Assembly: GCA_965261085.1 (NCBI GenBank)
Contig: OZ253442.1
Span: forward strand, 1-64,000
Length of the DNA stretch: 64,000 bases
Direction of reading: 5' to 3'
From: a bacterium
GTDB lineage: Bacteria; UBA8248
Positions within the stretch are counted from its first letter, which is position 1. Each line of letters starts with the position of its first letter. A model generated the notes under the pieces. The model searched no databases and was not told where the DNA came from. It was given only the letters and a program-made list of their open reading frames with translations. Of the stretch, positions 57,509 to 64,000 are shown in pieces. Both the position numbers and the translations under genes were made by a program.

Positions 57509-58690
57509 TCAGGAAGCAGCGTCCGCGAACACCTGCGAAGCGGCTCCGACACCATCTCCAGCCTTTGTAATATACCCTAATTTGGAAAAAATCACCTCCA
57601 GCGCCGAGAGAAGGTAGACCACGTTCGCCTGCGTGGCCCCGTGGCCCATCATTCCGATACGCCATATCTTGCCGGCCACCGGGCCCAGGCCGCCGCCGAT
57701 CTCGATGTTGAAATCGTTGAGCAGGCTCTTGCGAACGGCGGCGTCATCCATGCCCTCTTTCAAAGTGATGGTGTTGAGCGTGGGCGTGCGCGCGCCTTCT
57801 TGCGCGAACATGGACATCCCGAGCGCCTCCACGCCCGCTTGCAACGCCTTGCTCGCCAGGGCGTGTCTCGCAAAACGCGCCTCGAGACCCTCATCGAAGA
57901 TGATCCTGAGCGCTTCTCTGATCGCGTAGTTCATCGTAATCGGCCCGGTGTGGTGATAGACGCGATCGTTGCCCCAGTATTTCTCGACCATGCTCACGTC
58001 GAAATACCAGCTCGTGACCTTGGATTTTCGCTCACGCACCTTGCCGAGCGCGCGCTCGCTGAAGGTGATGGGCGCAACGCCCGGCGGACAGGCCAGGCAC
58101 TTCTGCGTGCCGCTGTAGGCGATCTCCACCCCCCATTTGTCGAGTTCCACGGGCACGCCGCCCAGCGAGGTGACGCAGTCGAGCAGCAAGAGCGCCCCGT
58201 GCTCGCGGCACATCGCGCCGATTTCCTCCATCGGCTGGAGCACGCCCGTGCTCGTTTCCGCGTGGACGATGCCGACCATCACCGCGTCGGGGTTCGCATC
58301 GAGGGCCGCCTTCACGTCCTGTGGGTCGATGGGCTTGCCCCACGGGGCCTCCACGATGACGACCTCCGCCCCGTAGCGCGCGGCCACGTCGCTCATCCGC
58401 CCGCCGAACACGCCATTCACGCAGATGATGGCCTTGTCCCCAGGTTCGATGATGTTGCAGACCGAAGCCTCCATCGCGGCGCTGCCCGTGCCCGATACGG
58501 GGAACGTCACCTGGTTCTCGGTGTTGAACAGATCGCGCAGCATCACCTGGCAGTCGTCCATCACCGCCAGGAAATCGGGGTCCAAGTGCCCCACCACGTG
58601 GGTGCTCATGGCTTTTAAAATTCTCGGGTGAACCGGGCTCGGCCCCGGCCCCAGCAACAAACGCAAATGCGGATTCAACTCTCCAGACAA
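57509..58690 (-). CDS. Alanine-glyoxylate/serine-pyruvate aminotransferase (class V)
   Basis: LLGPGPS, HAETSTG, GTQKCL, YHHT and WRIG.MG motifs. Confidence 0.93.
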   Translation of the reverse strand: MSGELNPHLRLLLGPGPSPVHPRILKAMSTHVVGHLDPDFLAVMDDCQVMLRDLFNTENQVTFPVSGTGSAAMEASVCNIIEPGDKAIICVNGVFGGRMSDVAARYGAEVVIVEAPWGKPIDPQDVKAALDANPDAVMVGIVHAETSTGVLQPMEEIGAMCREHGALLLLDCVTSLGGVPVELDKWGVEIAYSGTQKCLACPPGVAPITFSERALGKVRERKSKVTSWYFDVSMVEKYWGNDRVYHHTGPITMNYAIREALRIIFDEGLEARFARHALASKALQAGVEALGMSMFAQEGARTPTLNTITLKEGMDDAAVRKSLLNDFNIEIGGGLGPVAGKIWRIGMMGHGATQANVVYLLSALEVIFSKLGYITKAGDGVGAASQVFADAAS

Positions 58691-58973
58691 GACTTATCCC
58701 TCGCTCGAATCAAGTTTTTGGAATGGATGAGAAGCCTCTGACCCTCTCACTCGGCCCCTCGTTCCGAAATATGACCGCGAGATACTACCACACGCCCCCA
58801 CCACCGCAAAGGGGGGTGGGGTGTATCTAAGGGATGGTGCGGCTTCGTGAGTATGAGGAGGCATGCGACGCACCTTTCAAATCAAAAGAGTTTGACAAGC
58901 ATTCTCGTGAGAACCTAATGTGGGGAACTGGCATACAACCTGGAAGAAAAGAGAACTTTATGGGGAAAGAACG

Positions 58974-59294
58974 ATGACCGAATTCGAAATCGCAACCTTG
59001 GCTATACAAAATTCAACCTTGGCATTCCAGAAATCGACGCTGTCATTTCAGGAGTCGCAGTTGGTGCTGCAAAAATCGGCGATTGAGGTGCAAAAAGCCG
59101 CGCTCATGGCGCAATACGCCGCCGTATGGGTGGCCGGCGCGGTGGGTTTTGCGCAATGCGCGCTCATCGGCGTCGGTCTCTGGTTCATGCGTCGCGCGGC
59201 GATCGCGCGGGACAAGGCGCTGGACATACTCATGAAACGAGCGGAGGACCAAGGCCTCGCGCTGCTAACCCTCATCGAGCGAACAGCGAAGTAG
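58974..59294 (+). CDS. Hypothetical small membrane protein with heptad repeats
   Basis: TLAIQNS/TLAFQKS/TLSFQES/QLVLQKS repeats followed by a TM helix. Confidence 0.6.
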   Translation: MTEFEIATLAIQNSTLAFQKSTLSFQESQLVLQKSAIEVQKAALMAQYAAVWVAGAVGFAQCALIGVGLWFMRRAAIARDKALDILMKRAEDQGLALLTLIERTAK

Positions 59295-59395
59295 AACCGA
59301 CAAAATCGTCGTTCAGGTAAAATTTCGCCAAGCTATTCAACACCTTACCCTATCTGTTTAGGACAGCGTCCCAATCCGCCAGAATAATGGCGTGC

Positions 59396-59836
59396 TCAAG
59401 CCTGCTTCCGGGGATAAAGCTCGTGGTCGGGATCGACCCAGACGACGTAGAAAGTGTCCAAGAGCAAAACCCCGTGAACGCGCCCATGCTCATTCGCAGT
59501 GAGTTGAAACTGCCACGCCTGCTCGGAGCGAAACTGCTCGTTGAGGGTGCGAAACCCTCGGGGTTCGGTGGTTTCGCTAAAATCAATGGGATGCGACCGC
59601 AAAGCGCTCGATCTGTTCGTTCGAAACTCCTTTACGGTCAAGCGCGATACATCCCTCAACCGCTCCAGAAGAGTCTTCAGATACCCGTCCCGGCAACGAG
59701 CAAGACTGAATTTCGCGTTTCTAGTCAGATCCAGATGCTTGAACGAAAACCTGAGTGTATCTGCATCCGGCAGCGGTTGAATAGATGGGATTGTTTCGGC
59801 TAAACGTGGAACCTTACCCCGCCTGATCTTCCCCAT
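59396..59836 (-). CDS. Hypothetical protein, putative RelE-like RNase toxin (PanT)
   Basis: FSFK.LD and GRVHG...FYVVW.DP.H.LY motifs; overlaps the Panacea gene. Confidence 0.65.
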   Translation of the reverse strand: MGKIRRGKVPRLAETIPSIQPLPDADTLRFSFKHLDLTRNAKFSLARCRDGYLKTLLERLRDVSRLTVKEFRTNRSSALRSHPIDFSETTEPRGFRTLNEQFRSEQAWQFQLTANEHGRVHGVLLLDTFYVVWVDPDHELYPRKQA

Positions 59837-60278
59837 CGACCCTCGCCTTGTAGTAATCCCTCATGTCTTCATGAGAAATCACGTTATTCGATGGGGCATC
59901 CGGCTGCAGATCCCCACGCGCATTTCGCCAAGGGTCCTCTTGATGAGTAAGCTTTTCCAGATCGTAGGCACTCAGTCCTGCGTATACGTCCATTACTTCA
60001 TCGAGATGGTCTCTCGCTTGCGAATCGAAATCTTCCTCTTCGGGTTCGACGTCGATCGGCCGCCACGACCACATCTTGTATTCTCCGTAGACCGACGGCA
60101 CGACCGGACCGTGGACCCACGCTTCGATGGGATCGCCGAAGAGAGGCGCATCATAGAGCGCAAGATGCCACGCCTGCGCGTAGTAGAGCAGCTTTTGCAA
60201 CTTGAGATTCGAGATAGGGTCGCCGTGCTCGTGCGAGAACCCGATGATGTACTGAGCGACCTGATAGGCGCTCGGCAT
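59814..60278 (-). CDS. Panacea domain (DUF4065/SocA/GepA) antitoxin
   Basis: ISNLKLQKLLYYAQ, EAWVHGPVV and TH.E.PW motifs; GGGAG RBS. Confidence 0.9.
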   Translation of the reverse strand: MPSAYQVAQYIIGFSHEHGDPISNLKLQKLLYYAQAWHLALYDAPLFGDPIEAWVHGPVVPSVYGEYKMWSWRPIDVEPEEEDFDSQARDHLDEVMDVYAGLSAYDLEKLTHQEDPWRNARGDLQPDAPSNNVISHEDMRDYYKARVDGEDQAG

Positions 60279-60391
60279 TTCAATCTCCCTTCTGCGGCGG
60301 CGCGTCGTGAACCGGGCGCGGAGCGCATTCACTCTTGCTTTACCCATGAAACCACTTCGGGTCGGAATGTTCAAGCCCGCTCGTCCGCCAC

Positions 60392-60895
60392 CTACTCCCC
60401 ATCCAGCGCGATGTTGTCGTAATCGGGTATCGCGCCCATGCCCTTCTTGGCGGCCATGGATTTCCGCTCGTATTCCATCACCAGTTCCCCGCGCTGGTTG
60501 TAGGCGCGCGTCTTGATGGTGACGATGCCGCGATCGGGCCTGCTCTTCGATTCGCGCTTGTCCAGAATCTCCGATTCCGAATAAAGCGTATCGCCCGCGA
60601 AGACGGGCGCGGGCATCTTGATGTAGGTCCACTCCAGGTTCGCCACCGAGCGGTAGGAGGTGTCGGTGACCGTCATGCCGGCCACGACGGCCAGCGTCAG
60701 CGCCGAGTTCACGAGCGGTTTTCCGAACTCGGTCTTGGACGCATAGTGGGCGTCGAAATGAATCGGATGGGCGTTGTTCGTCAGCAGGGTGAACCAGGTG
60801 TTGTCCGCCTCGAGTATGGTGCGGCCCGGCCTGTGCTTGATGACCTCGCCCACCACGAAATCCTCATACCAGCGTCCCATCTGAAAATCAGGCAT
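60392..60895 (-). CDS. MaoC family dehydratase (itaconyl-/mesaconyl-CoA hydratase-like)
   Basis: YEDF..G...H..GRTI.EADN, HPIHFD, PVFAGDT and NQRG motifs. Confidence 0.85.
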   Translation of the reverse strand: MPDFQMGRWYEDFVVGEVIKHRPGRTILEADNTWFTLLTNNAHPIHFDAHYASKTEFGKPLVNSALTLAVVAGMTVTDTSYRSVANLEWTYIKMPAPVFAGDTLYSESEILDKRESKSRPDRGIVTIKTRAYNQRGELVMEYERKSMAAKKGMGAIPDYDNIALDGE

Positions 60896-60995
60896 TTTTA
60901 TTCTCCTCGTTATGCTCCCGTCCACAATCAAGGCACGGTGGCCCGGCAATGCGCCTTCTCGCGCTGCGGACGCATCTTCTTTCCCATTCGTCCCT

Positions 60996-62147
60996 CTAGG
61001 CGGGGTATTGCTCCAGAAGCCTCTTGGCGATGATCAAGCGCTGAATCTCGTTCGAGCCCTCGCCCACCACCAGGAGTTTCGAGTCCCTGAAATAACGCTC
61101 CACCGGCAACTCCTGGATGTAGCCCATGCCGCCGTGCACCTGAATGGCCTCGCTCGCGCAGAACTCCGCCGTCTCCGAAGCGAAGAACTTGGCCATGCCG
61201 GCTTCCAGGTCGCATCGCTTGCCCTCGGCCTTCAGATTCGCCGCGTGGTAGGTCATGAGCTTCGACGCGTGGATGCGCGTTCCCATCTCGGCGAGTTTCG
61301 CCTGTATCAACTGATGCCCCGCCAGCGGCTTCCCGAAAGTCTCGCGCTGCTGGGAATAACGCATCGAATCCTCGAATGCCGCCCGGGCGAGGCCCACGCT
61401 GCGCGCCGCCACGTTGACGCGGCCGCCCTCCAAAGCGCTCATGATCATCGGGAAGCCCTCGTTCTCCTCGCCGAGCAGGTTTTCGAGCGGCACACGCGCG
61501 TCCTCGAACACCAGCTCGCTCGTGCGGATGCCCCGGTAGCCCATCTTCTTGAGATGCCGGCTCACCTGAAAGCCGGGCGTTCCCTTGTGCACGAGGATGC
61601 AGGAGATGCCCTTCGCTTTCGATTTTTCCGGATCGGTGCGCGCGAACACGCTGAACATCGTGCCGTGCTCGGCGTTCGAGATAAACATCTTCGATCCGTT
61701 CATCACCCACTGGTCGTCCTGGCGCACAGCGCGCGTCTTGAGAGCGGCGGCGTCAGAACCCGAACCCGACTCGGTGAGCGCCATGCCCGAATGCCACTCG
61801 CCTGTGGCCATCTTCGGTAGGTAGGTCTTTTTCTGCTCGTCCGTCCCGTAGTTCAGAATCATCCAGGCGGTCATCATGTGCGTACCCAGGATGCCCGCCA
61901 CGCTCATCCACCCCACGGATAGCTCCTCCATGGCGATGGCGTAGCAAACCTCGTCCATGCCGCTTCCGCCATATTCTTCGGGTATCGTGAAGCCGAAAAA
62001 TCCGAGTTCCTGCATCTTCTCCACGGCGGGCGTGGGGTATTTGTCGGCAAGTTCGTATTCCATGGCGATGGGGATGACTTCGCGATCCACGAAATCCTTC
62101 ATCATCCGCTGAACGCTTATCTGTAATTCGGTGAACTGGAAATCCAA
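60996..62147 (-). CDS. Acyl-CoA dehydrogenase
   Basis: LTE..SGSD, KMGYRG, FGKP, HGGMGY and GEGSNEIQ motifs. Confidence 0.94.
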   Translation of the reverse strand: MDFQFTELQISVQRMMKDFVDREVIPIAMEYELADKYPTPAVEKMQELGFFGFTIPEEYGGSGMDEVCYAIAMEELSVGWMSVAGILGTHMMTAWMILNYGTDEQKKTYLPKMATGEWHSGMALTESGSGSDAAALKTRAVRQDDQWVMNGSKMFISNAEHGTMFSVFARTDPEKSKAKGISCILVHKGTPGFQVSRHLKKMGYRGIRTSELVFEDARVPLENLLGEENEGFPMIMSALEGGRVNVAARSVGLARAAFEDSMRYSQQRETFGKPLAGHQLIQAKLAEMGTRIHASKLMTYHAANLKAEGKRCDLEAGMAKFFASETAEFCASEAIQVHGGMGYIQELPVERYFRDSKLLVVGEGSNEIQRLIIAKRLLEQYPA

Positions 62148-62193
62148 GGGATGTTTCCTCCTGAAATTGAATGGCCGGAATTTCCGCCAGGTA

Positions 62194-63372
62194 TTAAATC
62201 ACGCCTTCGCGGCGTAGGTCCGCCGTCTCTTCGGAAGAATAGCCGAGAGCCTCGAGCACCTCTTCGGTATGGGCGCTCAGGCCCGGCGGGTGCTCGAGCT
62301 TCGGCTTCATATCGCTGAACTTGACCGGAAAGCGGCACATTCTCAAGTTTCCGTATTCGCCTTCCACCTCGGGGAAAATCTCGCGGTGCGCCGTCTGGGG
62401 ATGATCGCACACTTCGCCCAGATCGTTCACCGCCCCGCAGGGAACGCCCGCTTCCAGGAAAATCCGCCGCCATTCCTCGCGCTCTTTCGTGGCGAGAATC
62501 GGCAGCACCTGCGCAAGCAGCGCGTCCTTGTTCTCGTGCCTGTCGGCGTTGGTCTCAAATCGCGGGTCGTCCACCCATTCGGGGTGTTCGAGGACATTGG
62601 CGAACAGCCGCCAGGTGTTTTCGTTTCCGCACGCGACGCCGATGAGTTTCCCCCCCTTGGCGGGGTAGGCCCCGTAAGGCGCGAGGAAGTGATGCCCCAC
62701 CCCTACGCGGCTCGGCTTCTTGCCGTGTAAGTAGTAGTGAAAATGGAAATAGCCCTGCATGCTCACCATGCAGTCGAACATCGAGACGTCAAGTTCCTGG
62801 CCCTCGCCCGCGCGGTCGCGCTGTCTGAGGGCCATCATCGCGCCCAGGGCCACGAAAAGCCCCGTCACCCCGTCGCAGATGGAATGGGCCATCTTGGCGG
62901 GAGATTCGGGCGGCCCCGTCATCTCCATGATGCCGGCTTCGGCCTGGATGAGGCCGTCGAACGCCTTCATGTCGCGGTAGGGGCCGTCCTGCCCGTAGCC
63001 CGAGGTGTGGATGTAGATGATGTCGGGCTTTATCTTCTTCACTTCCTCATACCCGAAGCCGAGCCGGTCGACCGCGCCGGGGCTGAAGTTTTCGAGAAAA
63101 ACGTCCGCGCCCTCGAGCATTTCCCCTAATATCTTCTTGCCGCGTTCGTCTTTCAGGTTGAGCGTCACGCTCTTCTTGTTGGGGTTCACCCAGAAATGCA
63201 CCGCCCCCTCGCCGAAGACCGCATCGTCCCAGAGCCTGACCATGTCGCCCGTGCCGGGGACCTCGACTTTCAGGACTTCCGCGCCGAAATCGGCCAGATG
63301 GCGCAGCCCCACCGGCCCGCTGATGGATACCCCCAGCGAAACGATTCGAACGCCATCGAGCGGAAGCGCCAC
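62194..63372 (-). CDS. CaiB/BaiF family III CoA transferase
   Basis: LADFGAEVLKVE, NPNKKS, ENFSPG and SGYGQDGPY motifs. Confidence 0.93.
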   Translation of the reverse strand: MALPLDGVRIVSLGVSISGPVGLRHLADFGAEVLKVEVPGTGDMVRLWDDAVFGEGAVHFWVNPNKKSVTLNLKDERGKKILGEMLEGADVFLENFSPGAVDRLGFGYEEVKKIKPDIIYIHTSGYGQDGPYRDMKAFDGLIQAEAGIMEMTGPPESPAKMAHSICDGVTGLFVALGAMMALRQRDRAGEGQELDVSMFDCMVSMQGYFHFHYYLHGKKPSRVGVGHHFLAPYGAYPAKGGKLIGVACGNENTWRLFANVLEHPEWVDDPRFETNADRHENKDALLAQVLPILATKEREEWRRIFLEAGVPCGAVNDLGEVCDHPQTAHREIFPEVEGEYGNLRMCRFPVKFSDMKPKLEHPPGLSAHTEEVLEALGYSSEETADLRREGVI

Positions 63373-63522
63373 TGTATGACTCCTCGAAAATGCGTGTTCC
63401 CTCGCGAGGCAATGGAGGCGGCAACGGCCGATTCCATGCCTTCGCGAGTCAAGCGGTTTCTGGAAAATGTGTCCCTACGAAACCACGACAGGAGCCATGA
63501 CAATACACCAACGATTTCAAGG

Positions 63523-63759
63523 ATGACAAGGCGATGGGGTACGGGGAAACTGAAATATCAGGTGATTTTCGGTAAACACACAGAAGAAGAAATGAAAAAG
63601 TTTTTTGAAGACGATCTGCCAATGTATTTCGACGCAGTTGGAGGAGCCATCGGCGTTGGTCGGCAAGACCTACACGACTTACCCCCCGGACCTGGTGACG
63701 TTGATGATCTCATCGAGATTCTGAAGAAAGGACTCGGGATAATTCCAATACGAGATTGA
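63523..63759 (+). CDS. Possible small hypothetical protein or gene remnant
   Basis: Protein-like composition in an AT-richer stretch; start and reality uncertain. Confidence 0.25.
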   Translation: MTRRWGTGKLKYQVIFGKHTEEEMKKFFEDDLPMYFDAVGGAIGVGRQDLHDLPPGPGDVDDLIEILKKGLGIIPIRD

Positions 63760-63832
63760 TCCAGCTATTTCTCTAGAAACATATTCCGAACCATCACCCT
63801 CCGACCCATCCACTTAATTCAAGTCCTTGGCC

Positions 63833-63973
63833 ATCACTCCCCCCTTGAGGGGGAGTCGCAGAAGCCGAAGGCTGATGCGGTGGGGGGACGATTTCAAAGC
63901 AAAACCTCCCCCCACCGGCGCGCCTGCGGACTTCGTCCTTGCCTTGCCGACTCCCCCTCAAGGGGGGAGTGAT
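63833..63973. repeat. 141-bp palindromic MITE/REP-like element
   Basis: Perfect 26-bp terminal inverted repeats ATCACTCCCCCCTTGAGGGGGAGTCG; inner inverted repeat CGGTGGGGGGA; another end may begin at about 63994; relic at about 13529. Confidence 0.8.
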
Positions 63974-64000
63974 TTAGAAGGGGCGGCAAACTCATCACTC

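Overview
GC-rich (visually about 60%) bacterial chromosomal segment. The centrepiece is an 11.6-kb, ten-gene minus-strand operon (38552-26941). It joins an iodate-reductase/arsenite-oxidase-type module (two di-heme CcP-like proteins, a Tat-exported Rieske subunit and an AioA/IdrA-family molybdoenzyme) to a cytochrome c and an unusual Rieske/cytochrome b complex that has its own FAD/NAD(P)H-[4Fe-4S] subunit and a tetraheme cytochrome c. The operon lies just 3' of a tRNA-Arg/His/Arg cluster and may be an integrated island. Two selenoproteins are missed by the ORF track: Sec-SelD and a CxxU AhpD/CMD-like protein, both with SECIS-like hairpins. Also present are a Cys-rich MarR plus ArsP-like permease with a clear promoter/operator, two dehalogenase-family genes, Moco genes with tatA, rph-rdgB, comM, an intact IS1182 with target duplication, a Panacea toxin-antitoxin pair, EmrAB, RND and HAAT ABC transporters, CoA-dependent catabolic modules and several families of intergenic repeats. 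All calls come from motif recognition; no database search was run.
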